DNA of 55,349 bases. It comes from a virus. Taxonomy: Duplodnaviria > Caudoviricetes. Under the pieces are notes generated by a model. It was not told where the DNA came from, did no database searches, and saw only the letters and a program-made list of their open reading frames with translations. The DNA lies in IMG/VR virus record IMGVR_UViG_2124908035_000001, positions 1-55,349 of that record. One strand, given 5' to 3'. This document shows, piece by piece, positions 1 to 8,941 of the stretch. A program made the translations under genes and the position numbers. Each line of letters starts with the position of its first letter. Position 1 is the stretch's first letter.

Positions 1-23
1 AAAAGAAACCGTAGGTTTCGTTT
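1..23 (+). repeat. Terminal direct repeat, identical to 55327-55349; also a copy of the GAAACC-N3-GGTTTC site
   Basis: aaaagaaaccgtaggtttcgttt at both ends of the window. Confidence 0.95.
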
Positions 24-43
24 GCCGCAGGTTCCCGGCCTCT

Positions 44-637
44 ATGACGTGTGCTTTGTACGCCCGTGTTTCGACTCGAAACCTCGGTCAAGACCCCGAG
101 AACCAACTCCTTCAACTCCGCGACTTCGCCAAGTTGAAAGGATGGAAGATTGTTCGAGTCTATGAGGACCGCGAGTCAGCCGGCGGAAAACCCCGAGAGC
201 AATTCCAGAAGCTCTTTGAAGACGTCACGAAACCAAAGCGCCCTTTCGACGTTCTGCTGTTCTGGAGTCTCGACCGATTCAGCCGCGAAGGCGTGTACGA
301 AACCCTGCACCGATTGAAGGAGCTCGACCGTGCCGGCGTGCAGTTCCTCAGCCTGCAAGAGCAGTACCTTGACACGCTGGGCCCCTTCCGGGAAGCTGTA
401 CTCGGGATTCTGGCGGCCGTCGCCAAGCTTGAGCGAAACCGGCTGAGTGAACGTGTGAAGGCAGGAGTTTCGAGGGTCCGAATCGGCGGGAAGCACTGGG
501 GAAGGAAGCCGGTCGAGATCAACCAGGCGCGGCTTCAGAAGATGAAGAAGAAGGGCTTGAGCCTCTCGGAGATGGCAGGTGTTCTGAAGTGCAGCCGAAC
601 GACGATTTTCAAGCGATTGAAACAGATGGTGAAATGA
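44..637 (+). CDS. Small serine recombinase (resolvase/invertase type, C-terminal HTH)
   Basis: YARVST catalytic motif, SLDRFSR, ERxxLSERVKAG, GRKP linker and C-terminal HTH. Confidence 0.95.
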   Translation: MTCALYARVSTRNLGQDPENQLLQLRDFAKLKGWKIVRVYEDRESAGGKPREQFQKLFEDVTKPKRPFDVLLFWSLDRFSREGVYETLHRLKELDRAGVQFLSLQEQYLDTLGPFREAVLGILAAVAKLERNRLSERVKAGVSRVRIGGKHWGRKPVEINQARLQKMKKKGLSLSEMAGVLKCSRTTIFKRLKQMVK

Positions 638-891
638 TGCCGAGACGACCTAATCCAAGCCTTTTAGAAGGTCTGTTTCGAGCTTTTGTGGAAATGGTCA
701 ATTCACTCCCAAAGGTCTGCCAGTGCGGAAATAAGTGCCAGTGCCACAACGGCGGCCACATCGTGAGATGCCCACCTGAATGCGGAAACCCCCTGCAGCA
801 CTTCGGCTGTCACTGCCTCTGTCCTTCGGAGCGGTGCGATTGCGGACGTGATCTTAAAGGGAAGCAAGGGGCGAGGGGAAAGAAACCGTAG
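634..891 (+). CDS. Small Cys/His-rich hypothetical protein
   Basis: ATGA overlap with recombinase stop; CQC, CQCH, CHCLC, CDC clusters. Confidence 0.55.
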   Translation: MMPRRPNPSLLEGLFRAFVEMVNSLPKVCQCGNKCQCHNGGHIVRCPPECGNPLQHFGCHCLCPSERCDCGRDLKGKQGARGKKP

Positions 892-909
892 GTTTCGTTC
901 CACTCAGGT
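857..909 (+). repeat. Cassette right-end repeat (site B)
   Basis: 51/53 nt identical to 18220-18272; contains GAAACCgtaGGTTTC. Confidence 0.9.
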
Positions 910-916
910 TCGGCGC

Positions 917-1177
917 CTACGCGGCTACGGAGCCTCGAACCTTAGACTTCGGCTTGAGTTTGGGCCAGGGCCGCTTCTCAGGTTTGGGGAGCTTCTGCAG
1001 GTACGAATCGAGATCGTCTAACCCTACTGCCAGTGCCCCCGCAATCTTCCGCAGTGTGCCGATGGACCCGCGCCGTTTCCCGTGAAAGATCAACCACACT
1101 CCAGCCAGGCTGACACCCGAACGGGTAGCGATGTTGGTCCAGCTGAGATTCTTCAAAGCCTGCTCGACTACGTTCAT
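917..1177 (-). CDS. XRE/Cro-CI-like HTH regulator
   Basis: IATRSGVS..V..IFHGKR..SIGTLRKIAGALAV pattern; divergent from the early operon. Confidence 0.8.
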   Translation of the reverse strand: MNVVEQALKNLSWTNIATRSGVSLAGVWLIFHGKRRGSIGTLRKIAGALAVGLDDLDSYLQKLPKPEKRPWPKLKPKSKVRGSVAA

Positions 1178-1221
1178 AAACTGAAGCGTACCAGAATTTT
1201 ATCCGATAGTCAAGAATTCCG

Positions 1222-1251
1222 TTGACAAAGACCCGAATATCGGCTTATATT
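1222..1251 (+). promoter_or_regulatory. Sigma70-type early promoter
   Basis: TTGACA-N18-TATATT in the intergenic region divergent from the HTH gene. Confidence 0.6.
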
Positions 1252-1311
1252 GGAAATGCCATCGCGTCTAAGAAACGCGGGCCGGATCGAACCGGCCAGA
1301 AGAGAGAACCC

Positions 1312-1530
1312 ATGGAAGAACCCGAAGAGTCACAGACTCCCTACGTCGAAATTCCCTTACGGCGATTCCGCGTCCGCTCCGATATAACCGTCGAGGCAAA
1401 GTCCCCGGAAGATGCCCGCAGCCTTGGAACTTTTCTCGCTCAACATTGGAGCGACGAAACCGGCTACCAGCACATCAGCGGATTCGGAGACCTGAGAGGA
1501 TCGGTCACAGTTGAGGAGGTGACGACGTGA
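1312..1530 (+). CDS. Hypothetical protein
   Basis: First ORF after the promoter; GTGA overlap with the next ORF. Confidence 0.55.
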   Translation: MEEPEESQTPYVEIPLRRFRVRSDITVEAKSPEDARSLGTFLAQHWSDETGYQHISGFGDLRGSVTVEEVTT

Positions 1531-2072
1531 GCGCATCCCTGGAAGAGGATCTGAAGTTGAACCGGGACGCCTGTCGGGAGATCCTGCACCAATACGCTCC
1601 GCACCAGACCATCGAATTTGAACGGTTGTGCCGGGGTAAGCTGTTCGCCACCCCGTACCCGGTGATTGCCGCTCTCATGTGGGCCTACGGACACATTCTC
1701 GCTCAAGACGAAGCGATCCGCTTGTCTATTGACCTGAGCAAGCGAGCATCAGCCGACAATGTAGCATTGGACCGAGACCTGTCCAGGCTCCGAATCGCTA
1801 TAGCCTCAATTCACAAGATGCTGGACGCGGCCCTCCCCGCCCCAACCCCCAAGACCCCGCCTGTAGGATTCCCGACGACAAACGGCCCGGCGCTGGATGA
1901 TCTGATGGAAGCCGCGGCCCCGATTGTAAAGGCTTGCCGGTGTGCTTATACGGACGCATGGCGCTGTGCAGTTGACCAGAGGCTTGCTGGCCAGATCGCA
2001 TGTTACTGCCCTTGCCACATACCACCATGGAGGCGTGAGCACCAAGAGCCACCGGAGAGCCCTAATGTCTGA
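1527..2072 (+). CDS. Hypothetical protein
   Basis: GAGGAGG RBS; overlapping operon packing. Confidence 0.6.
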   Translation: MSASLEEDLKLNRDACREILHQYAPHQTIEFERLCRGKLFATPYPVIAALMWAYGHILAQDEAIRLSIDLSKRASADNVALDRDLSRLRIAIASIHKMLDAALPAPTPKTPPVGFPTTNGPALDDLMEAAAPIVKACRCAYTDAWRCAVDQRLAGQIACYCPCHIPPWRREHQEPPESPNV

Positions 2073-2457
2073 CCTCGCGGCCGGCCCCTGCTCCGACGTT
2101 TGCGTGCTCAATCGGAACGACGACAATGAAGCCGAGTTCTACGACGTCACGACTCCGAAGGCCCGCAAGACCCACCAGTGTACAGAATGCGGAAACGCCA
2201 TCCAACCCGGCGATAACTACGAGCGCACATCGGCTAAGTGGTACGGAGAATTGAGCACGTTCAAGACCTGCCTGCTGTGCGTTGAAATCCGAAACAAGTT
2301 CGCATGTGGCAGAGGTTGGAGCTTCGGATGCGTGTGGGACGATTTACATGAATACCTGTTTGACCGTCTCACGTTCGGCTGCCTGGAAGGCTTGTCCCCG
2401 GCCGCCCGCGAGAAGGTCTTGGACGCATGGCGAAAATGGAAGGGACTCGCCGCATGA
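2065..2457 (+). CDS. Zn-binding phage hypothetical protein
   Basis: ARKTHQCTECG...KTCLLC pattern; coupled ORF. Confidence 0.7.
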   Translation: MSDLAAGPCSDVCVLNRNDDNEAEFYDVTTPKARKTHQCTECGNAIQPGDNYERTSAKWYGELSTFKTCLLCVEIRNKFACGRGWSFGCVWDDLHEYLFDRLTFGCLEGLSPAAREKVLDAWRKWKGLAA

Positions 2458-2639
2458 AAGATTGTCTGATTATCATAGCTGCTGGAATCGGCTTTTGCTT
2501 GTTCGCCTACTCCGGTGCATTCTTCGGCGCTATCGGTTGGCACGCCGGCCGGGTATGCGCAGCTCGAAAGTACGGGCCGATCCGCACTGCGAGTGAAAAC
2601 ACCTACACGGTCATCAACAAGACCGGAAAGCCACTATGA
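2454..2639 (+). CDS. Small membrane protein
   Basis: ATGA overlaps on both sides; hydrophobic N-terminus. Confidence 0.5.
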   Translation: MKDCLIIIAAGIGFCLFAYSGAFFGAIGWHAGRVCAARKYGPIRTASENTYTVINKTGKPL

Positions 2640-3637
2640 CCCGAACCTCTATCGAATGGGTCCGAAACCAGGACGGTACCCAAGGATTCACCGTGAATCC
2701 GATCCGGTTCCGCAACAAGAAAACCGGGAAGGTGGGCCACTACTGCGAGAAGTTAAGCCCCGGATGCAAACACTGCTACGCCTCCAGGATGCAGACCGGC
2801 CCGTACCTCTCAGGCTTGGAATTCACAGCCGAAAACAAGGACCGCGGAGAACTGTTCTTCGAAGATGAGGTGATTCAACAAGTCCTCTGGCGCCGGAAGC
2901 CTGCGACCTTCTTTTGGTGCGACTGTACCGATTTATTCGGCCCGTGGGTCAAAGACTCTTGGATTGATCGTATCGTCGGGTGTTGTGCCCTGACGCCTCA
3001 GCATCGGCACTTGTGGCTCACGAAGCGGGCAGACCGAATGCGCGAATACTGCCACACGAGCAAGCAAATCAAATACGGCAAGTACCTCGACATCGGCACG
3101 TGCAAAGCGTACGACTGGCCCCTTCCTAACCTCGGTCTAGGAGTCTCCGCAGAGGACCAAGAGCGGGCCAATAAGCGGATAGAGAATCTACGGCAGACGC
3201 CAGCCGCGATGCGGTTCCTAAGCGCAGAGCCGTTGCTTTCGGCACTGGATGTATCGCCGTGGCTCACGCGATGGACAGGCCAAGGCTCCGGTTTGCCAAA
3301 GCCCCTCTCAACTGCGCTTGCAACCCTACCCGACATTCACGGGCTCGACTGGGTTATCACCGGCGGCGAGACCGGCCCAGGCGCAAGCCCGATGCCCCCG
3401 GAGTGGCCCCGAGCGATCCGCGACCAGTGCCAGGCTGCCGGAGTCCCCTACTTCCACAAGCACAACGGGGAATGGTCCGTGAGCAACAACGGCCGTGACC
3501 TGTTCAAGGTTGGACAATGCGACGACGTTCCAATCGGAGACGGTCTACATCACCGGATGTTTCGTGTCGGGAAGAAAGCCGCCGGCAGACTGCTCGACGG
3601 TCGCACGTGGGATGAGTTGCCGGAGATGCTTCGATGA
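2636..3637 (+). CDS. DUF5131 (Gp37/Gp68-like) protein
   Basis: TSIEW, C-x6-C-x2-C-YA, DLF, LTKR, FLSAEPLL, DWVITGGETG, GRLLDGRTWDELP. Confidence 0.9.
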   Translation: MTRTSIEWVRNQDGTQGFTVNPIRFRNKKTGKVGHYCEKLSPGCKHCYASRMQTGPYLSGLEFTAENKDRGELFFEDEVIQQVLWRRKPATFFWCDCTDLFGPWVKDSWIDRIVGCCALTPQHRHLWLTKRADRMREYCHTSKQIKYGKYLDIGTCKAYDWPLPNLGLGVSAEDQERANKRIENLRQTPAAMRFLSAEPLLSALDVSPWLTRWTGQGSGLPKPLSTALATLPDIHGLDWVITGGETGPGASPMPPEWPRAIRDQCQAAGVPYFHKHNGEWSVSNNGRDLFKVGQCDDVPIGDGLHHRMFRVGKKAAGRLLDGRTWDELPEMLR

Positions 3638-3960
3638 GCAAACCCATGACGCCATCGATATCCTCAACAGACGCCGACAAGACTGCTCGCATGATGGTCA
3701 ACTGGCGCAATGAGTTGCTTTTGAAAATGGGCGAAGCTGAATACCGACCAATGATCGCCGGCTTTATATTGGAACTCCAGGCAGTAGCTCGCTCGAAAAA
3801 CATCTCTATTCTTAAGGCTTTTGAGGCACTGTGTACTAAACCACTTGCCGATGGGGAAATGCTCCTCGTAGGAATTTTCAGTGCGGCCGTTGTTGAAGTG
3901 TACGAACTTGAATGGTGCCAGAGAGGGACGCGGAACAAGCTGCCGAAGGTGCCCGCATGA
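3634..3960 (+). CDS. Hypothetical protein
   Basis: ATGA-coupled ORF. Confidence 0.55.
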   Translation: MSKPMTPSISSTDADKTARMMVNWRNELLLKMGEAEYRPMIAGFILELQAVARSKNISILKAFEALCTKPLADGEMLLVGIFSAAVVEVYELEWCQRGTRNKLPKVPA

Positions 3961-4454
3961 AAGCCCCCTGGGTAGTCGCCGCCGGCAAGGTTGGCGAGAC
4001 AGCGCACTGCACCCGATGCGGCGAAGGGCTCACCATCAACATGCCCCAACGGATCGAGGTCGCACTCGCTGCGATGCGAGCTTTCGGGAAGTGTCATGCG
4101 AAGTGCAAACCGGGAGACTATCAGGAACCAGAGATTACCGCCTTGAACTGGCCCCAGTCCCGAGACACCGGGGTAAGCTCCGCAACCATCTGGCAAGCCT
4201 TCACGGGCCAGGCGCTCTATGAGCACAACGACGTGCCGCAAGACCCTGACGACTTCGGACGCTGCTACCGGCTTCTGAAGCTCCGCCCTGAATGGGAAGC
4301 CGAACTATCGGATGTGGCCGACGTGTTCCCGGCGTGGAAGCCCTACGTCATCAAGTGGCCGAAGCTCAAAGAACTGTACGAAGAGGCGCTTAGAACTGGA
4401 GACGGGGAACCCATGTACGAGTTCATGCAGAAGATGAGGGAGAGCCGTGATTGA
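3957..4454 (+). CDS. Phage hypothetical protein
   Basis: DTGVSS..I and PQDPDDFGRCYRLL motif seen in phage hypotheticals. Confidence 0.65.
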   Translation: MKAPWVVAAGKVGETAHCTRCGEGLTINMPQRIEVALAAMRAFGKCHAKCKPGDYQEPEITALNWPQSRDTGVSSATIWQAFTGQALYEHNDVPQDPDDFGRCYRLLKLRPEWEAELSDVADVFPAWKPYVIKWPKLKELYEEALRTGDGEPMYEFMQKMRESRD

Positions 4455-4986
4455 AGCCCGCGAACGTCCGATTATCTTCAGTGGACCGTCTGTGATTGCA
4501 ATTCAGCAGGACCGCAAGACGCAGACGCGGCGGGTTATTCGCAAGCCGGAGACGTACACCAAGATCCGTGATTGTGCCTACTGCTGCACCTGCGGAGATC
4601 CAGGAGACCGACTCTGGGTGAGGGAGACGTGGGATTTTGGACTATACGGAGATGTCTCGAAAGGTCCGTTCGTGGTGTACAGAGCGGACGAAGAAATGTG
4701 CGGTACGTCGTGGCGATCTTCGATGTTTATGCCCCGAAAGTACTCGCGCCTTCTCTTGGAGATCGCAGACGTTCGCGTGCAGCGGGTACAGGAGATCGAC
4801 GAAGCCGACGCCCAACGCGCTGGTGTGCCAATGGCCGCTGGTTCATCAAGCCACGACGCGGATCAAGACATGGTGCTACGTAGGGACGGCAAGCGCTGGT
4901 TCCTTTGCGACGCTTATAAACTGCGCCGCGCCTACCCTGAAGCCTTTGCGGCCCCGGCGGTGGAGCGGAAGGAGGACGGGGGATGA
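4447..4986 (+). CDS. ASCH/PUA-like domain protein
   Basis: PIIFS..RKTQTRR..GDRLWVRETW..WRSSMFMPR..RVQEIDEADA. Confidence 0.8.
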   Translation: MIEARERPIIFSGPSVIAIQQDRKTQTRRVIRKPETYTKIRDCAYCCTCGDPGDRLWVRETWDFGLYGDVSKGPFVVYRADEEMCGTSWRSSMFMPRKYSRLLLEIADVRVQRVQEIDEADAQRAGVPMAAGSSSHDADQDMVLRRDGKRWFLCDAYKLRRAYPEAFAAPAVERKEDGG

Positions 4987-5117
4987 GATACGCATACACC
5001 GTACTTGCAACATTGCACAGTTTGGCGCTTCCGTTTGTACGCTCTGAGTGGAGGATACCTATAGTATTACTTGGTGTAATGTTTGCCATCCTCGCGGTGG
5101 CGTGGAGGAAGGGATGA
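4983..5117 (+). CDS. 44-aa hydrophobic peptide ending LAVAWRKG (not in ORF track)
   Basis: Translated by hand: MRYAYTVLATLHSLALPFVRSEWRIPIVLLGVMFAILAVAWRKG; ATGA-coupled on both sides. Confidence 0.55.
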   Translation: MRYAYTVLATLHSLALPFVRSEWRIPIVLLGVMFAILAVAWRKG

Positions 5118-5191
5118 TAGCACAACTTGGATTTCTTATACTTGGGCTGATACAAGGGTTTTTACTCGCGGTGGCGTGGAGGAAGGGATGA
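5091..5191 (+). repeat. 27-bp perfect direct repeat (5091-5117 and 5165-5191)
   Basis: ctcgcggtggcgtggaggaagggatga occurs twice. Confidence 0.95.
5114..5191 (+). CDS. 25-aa single-TM peptide ending LAVAWRKG
   Basis: MIAQLGFLILGLIQGFLLAVAWRKG; GGAGG RBS supplied by the repeat. Confidence 0.5.
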   Translation: MIAQLGFLILGLIQGFLLAVAWRKG

Positions 5192-5304
5192 AACCACAGG
5201 GTCCAGGTTGGCAAAAAGAAAACTATCCTTGTCCGTCTTGTGGTTCGGGGGAGTATTGCTGGCGGCTGAAAGAAGACGACGAAGGCCACGAGAACGAGGT
5301 ATAG
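5188..5304 (+). CDS. Small CxxC peptide
   Basis: MKPQGPGWQKENYPCPSCG...; RBS and ATGA from the repeat. Confidence 0.45.
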   Translation: MKPQGPGWQKENYPCPSCGSGEYCWRLKEDDEGHENEV

Positions 5305-5309
5305 GACTG

Positions 5310-5648
5310 ATGCTGAAGCTCGTTCTAGCCTGCCACAAACACCCCGGCTACCACCCATCGAAGGGTCCAAACGCGATCAAAGGCGGCTGCGAGTTCTGCC
5401 AACGACTGCTTGAGATCGGCCGGGAAGTGGCGGCCCTGAAACGGAACGGATCGAATGGAACCTGGAAGGCGTCCGGTCAAGAGTTGCACATTCCGCTCGT
5501 GCTCACCTACCGATCCAAGACCCCAAAGAGCATATCCGGGAAGTACGAGAACGAAGCCCAACCGATGCTGTTTCCAATCGAGACACCTCCAGTTGCACGA
5601 GAGATTTTAGACCCGAAACGCCAGAGACGCAAAGCCGCCAAGGTATGA
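5310..5648 (+). CDS. Hypothetical protein
   Basis: ORF with CxxH/CxxC; AGGA upstream. Confidence 0.5.
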   Translation: MLKLVLACHKHPGYHPSKGPNAIKGGCEFCQRLLEIGREVAALKRNGSNGTWKASGQELHIPLVLTYRSKTPKSISGKYENEAQPMLFPIETPPVAREILDPKRQRRKAAKV

Positions 5649-5651
5649 GAG

Positions 5652-5921
5652 ATGCCAGAGACACCCGAGAATGGAAACCCAGAGTCAGAGCCACGCGCCA
5701 GCACTTCCAGAATCTACCTTTCCCCTACCCATAGAATTCGGGTGTGGATCAATTCCGATGGCACTGTAGGCCATTCCGCGAAGGTCAAAGAGGAACCCTT
5801 GAGCCACATCGGAGCGGGGCAGGCAATGGTCGCATACGCCGAGAAGCTCCACAAACGTCTTTCGACCGCTCAACTGTGGCTTGCAACCGCAAGGGCCGGT
5901 AACTGGGAGACTCCCCAATAA
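5652..5921 (+). CDS. Hypothetical protein
   Basis: Tightly packed ORF. Confidence 0.5.
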   Translation: MPETPENGNPESEPRASTSRIYLSPTHRIRVWINSDGTVGHSAKVKEEPLSHIGAGQAMVAYAEKLHKRLSTAQLWLATARAGNWETPQ

Positions 5922-5924
5922 TCC

Positions 5925-6545
5925 ATGCGGCAAGAGCTGCCATCGATAACCGAAGTGTGGAGACGACTCAGAGGACAAGACCCGGTTAGGAAACGTGTCC
6001 CCGCGCTCTGGCGAGAAACCAAAGATCGCAACGTGAGTTTGGACGACTCGAAAGGCTGCTACTTCGACTTCGTTTCAGGGACCGGCGGAGGAATTCTGGA
6101 CCTGGTGATGTTGGCCCGTGGATCAAGCCGTAGCGAAGCGTTCAAATGGCTTGCCCTTGAATTCAACCTTGAGTCGAAAGATTTGACCCCAGTAGAGCGC
6201 AAAGAGAATGCGGAAGCCCGGCAGATCGGAAAGATTCTGGCACGAGACGCCCTCTGGTGGTGGATGGCGCGATGCTCCGAGTTGGAAGACCAGAAGCGTG
6301 AGATCATTCAAGCCGGCGCGAACCCGTTCGACCTCGCACCCGTCGCCCGCGAATTATACCGAATACAGGCACTCGAAGCAGTTGGGATCGTATCCGAATT
6401 CGCCAGACACGAAGCCTCGGACCCTGAAGCCTGCGAGGAGTTGGTTCATGCCGGCCGCACGTGGGCGAACCTCTGCAAATGGGCCGTGAAGCGAATCATC
6501 CGCAAGATCCGCAACCAACAACTGAAAGCGGACCATGCAGCCTGA
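5925..6545 (+). CDS. Primase-associated protein with degenerate CHC2-like N-terminal domain
   Basis: VSL..KGCYFDF..GTGGGILDLVM......EAFKWLA; overlaps VapE. Confidence 0.6.
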   Translation: MRQELPSITEVWRRLRGQDPVRKRVPALWRETKDRNVSLDDSKGCYFDFVSGTGGGILDLVMLARGSSRSEAFKWLALEFNLESKDLTPVERKENAEARQIGKILARDALWWWMARCSELEDQKREIIQAGANPFDLAPVARELYRIQALEAVGIVSEFARHEASDPEACEELVHAGRTWANLCKWAVKRIIRKIRNQQLKADHAA

Positions 6546-7851
6546 CCCCGCCAAGATGGAGGCCGCCGCAACTGCGTATGCTTCAGCGGAACCTATCTCG
6601 ATCGGATGGAAACGCAGACTCATTACGAGCGAAAGTGGCGCCCCAAAACCCATCCTCGCAAATGCGATCATCGCCTTGACCCAGGCTCCCGAGTGGACCA
6701 GAGTACTGGCCTACAGCGAATTCTCGATGGCGACGATAGCGCGTCAGGCTCCCCCGTGGCCAGGTGCAATTGCGGGAATCGAATGGAGCGATCACGAAGA
6801 CCGGCGAGCCACCGAATGGCTCCAGCATCACGGGATCTACGTCGGAGTCGAGATCGCGGCCCAGGCGGTTCAAGTAGCGGCCAAAGCCCACACATTTCAT
6901 GCAGTCCGAGAATACCTCGACAGCCTCACCTGGGACGGAACCGAAAGGATCGGCTCGTGGTTGAACTTGTATCTGGGAGCGGAACCCTCCGACTACACCA
7001 GCGCAGTCGGAAGCCGATGGCTCATCCAGGCGGTAGCCAGGATCTACCGGCCCGGCGTGAAGGCGGATACGTGCCTGATTTTAGAAGGTGAGCAAGGAAC
7101 CCTCAAAAGCACGGCCCTGAAAACCATGGGAGTCCACTGGTTCACGGATGAGATCGCAGAACTAGGGACAAAGGACGCGAGCCTTCAGACCTTGGGAGTC
7201 TGGATCATCGAATTGTCGGAACTGGACAGCATGAGCCGCGGCGAGGTCTCCCGGATCAAGAGTTTCATGACCCGAGCGACCGACAGGTTCCGCCCCCCCT
7301 ACGGAAGGCGGATCATCACCAGTCCCCGGCAGTGCGTCTTCGCAGGGAGCGTGAACCACAACACCTACCTGCGAGACGACACCGGAGGGCGCAGGTTCTG
7401 GCCGGTCGAGTGCGGAGTTATCGACATCAAAAGCCTGATTCGGGACCGGGATCAACTATGGGCCGAGGCCGCGGTTCAGTACAAGATCGGGGCGGTATGG
7501 TGGCTTGATTCAAAACTACTGAATCAGGCGGCAGAGGAGCAGCAAGCCGAGCGCCTGGAAGGCGACCCTTGGCAATCGGAAATTGCAGAGTGGTGCGAAA
7601 GGCAATGGGTCAACGGCGAAACCAGCGTGAGTATTGCGGACGCCCTGCGGCTTTGCATCCAGAAACCGAAGGAGCGCTGGATACAGGGAGATTTGAACCG
7701 GATATCGAGATGCTTCCGGGTTTTGAACCTCCGCCGCGGCCGGATAGGTGGCAGGGGAAACCGGGAGTGGCGATATTCGCCAGTTCCAGGGGAAAGAGAA
7801 AATATAATACAAGCCAGACTTATTATAGAGGAGTCAGAAAGTGAATTATAA
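6535..7851 (+). CDS. VapE/VirE-like P-loop helicase (replication protein)
   Basis: LTWDG..R, LEGEQGTLKST Walker A, WIIELSEL Walker B, FRPPYGR..PRQCVF.GSVN..YLRDDTGGRRFWP. Confidence 0.92.
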   Translation: MQPDPAKMEAAATAYASAEPISIGWKRRLITSESGAPKPILANAIIALTQAPEWTRVLAYSEFSMATIARQAPPWPGAIAGIEWSDHEDRRATEWLQHHGIYVGVEIAAQAVQVAAKAHTFHAVREYLDSLTWDGTERIGSWLNLYLGAEPSDYTSAVGSRWLIQAVARIYRPGVKADTCLILEGEQGTLKSTALKTMGVHWFTDEIAELGTKDASLQTLGVWIIELSELDSMSRGEVSRIKSFMTRATDRFRPPYGRRIITSPRQCVFAGSVNHNTYLRDDTGGRRFWPVECGVIDIKSLIRDRDQLWAEAAVQYKIGAVWWLDSKLLNQAAEEQQAERLEGDPWQSEIAEWCERQWVNGETSVSIADALRLCIQKPKERWIQGDLNRISRCFRVLNLRRGRIGGRGNREWRYSPVPGERENIIQARLIIEESESEL

Positions 7852-7876
7852 GACAATCTTATTAGCCCGTTTTCAT

Positions 7877-8187
7877 ACTGGGACACCGGAACTCCTTTCT
7901 TTTCATGGCCGTGTCCCAGTACAAAACGGTGTCCCAGTATACTGGGACACACTTAACTCCTTTCGTTTCATGCGCGTGTCCCAGTGTCCCAGTAAAATAC
8001 GTGTTCGCGCATGTATACGCGAGGAAATCCCCCCAAATGCGGGGGGGGTCTTCCAGACGGTACAGGGCTTTTTTCAAGAAAAGACTGGGACACTGGGACA
8101 CGGACATGAAAACAAAGGGCTTCCGGTGTCCCAGTATGCAAAAAGACTGGGACACCGACTGGGACACGGGCTAAAAGACTGGGACAC
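7877..8187. repeat. Iteron array, putative replication origin
   Basis: 12 copies of CTGGGACAC/GTGTCCCAG (7 forward, 5 reverse) directly after vapE; ~45-bp inverted repeat 7877-7920 vs 8092-8135. Confidence 0.85.
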
Positions 8188-8220
8188 GGACCTAGTTTGT
8201 CGCAAATTTAAGCAAATTCG

Positions 8221-8451
8221 ATGAAGAAACATTCAGAAGACGAGTATAATCTCGGAAACCGGCTGGCTTCCAGGATCATCCTGGAGAATCCAACCCGATA
8301 CGGCGCCGGAATGGTCCGATGGGCCGAACTTTGGCAGGCGCAGAACGGAACCCAGGCGGAAGGAAACAGCGCAGCGGCGCCCAAACCCGACAAAGGCCAA
8401 CTGCCCCTGTTTAGAAATCAAAGTTTCGATTCGAAAGGAAGTTCAATATGA
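8221..8451 (+). CDS. Hypothetical protein
   Basis: ORF ATGA-coupled to the next gene. Confidence 0.45.
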   Translation: MKKHSEDEYNLGNRLASRIILENPTRYGAGMVRWAELWQAQNGTQAEGNSAAAPKPDKGQLPLFRNQSFDSKGSSI

Positions 8452-8801
8452 ACCACCCTCCCAGAATGCCCTCAGCAGTAGAGGACGACCGCGGCCCCAT
8501 GCTCCGATACAAGGCCCTCGTGGAGATGGCCGAAAACGGACCTACCACCCTGGACCTCGACCGGCACAGGTACAAAGCTACAGCCAAAGGAATCTGCATC
8601 GGCTACTTCAGTTCGCTCCGCTTGGCGATGAACGAGGTAGACGCGATAACCCCGATTCGGCGGAATACCCTATGGGAGGTTCCCGAGATCGTGCCCGACT
8701 GCAATAGTTACGTGGTCGATGTGGTCAAGAGCATAGTATACGTTCGCATGGCCCAGGAAGTGAGGCAGGTAGTCGAGGAAGAATTCGAGGCGGCCGGATG
8801 A
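8448..8801 (+). CDS. Hypothetical protein
   Basis: AAGGA RBS; coupled ORF. Confidence 0.55.
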   Translation: MNHPPRMPSAVEDDRGPMLRYKALVEMAENGPTTLDLDRHRYKATAKGICIGYFSSLRLAMNEVDAITPIRRNTLWEVPEIVPDCNSYVVDVVKSIVYVRMAQEVRQVVEEEFEAAG

Positions 8802-8941
8802 CTCCGCAACTTCGAGTGGACGACCGGCCCGACCTTATCAGGACGGATGGAACACGAACCGATGAGTGGTGCAGGTTATTGGGAGAGTACGACCAGATCG
8901 GCGAAGAGGCGGCAGTGTGGGCGACCACAAGGAAAGTTCAG

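Noticed and set aside
44-637. Serine recombinase plus TnpB as an IS607 element
   Set aside because: IS607 TnpA has an N-terminal HTH and lies next to tnpB. Here the HTH is C-terminal, and the genes are about 3.8 kb apart across the junction on opposite strands.
7841-8224. ORFs on both strands over the TGGGACA repeats; possible CRISPR array
   Set aside because: The ORFs are translations of 9-bp iterons. The repeats are too short, occur in both orientations, are irregularly spaced, and no cas genes are present.
8798-8941. N-terminal extension of the helicase-MTase from ATG 8798
   Set aside because: Family-like sequence begins at MSTGYQDFL (8942), which has its own RBS. The upstream start remains possible but is unsupported.
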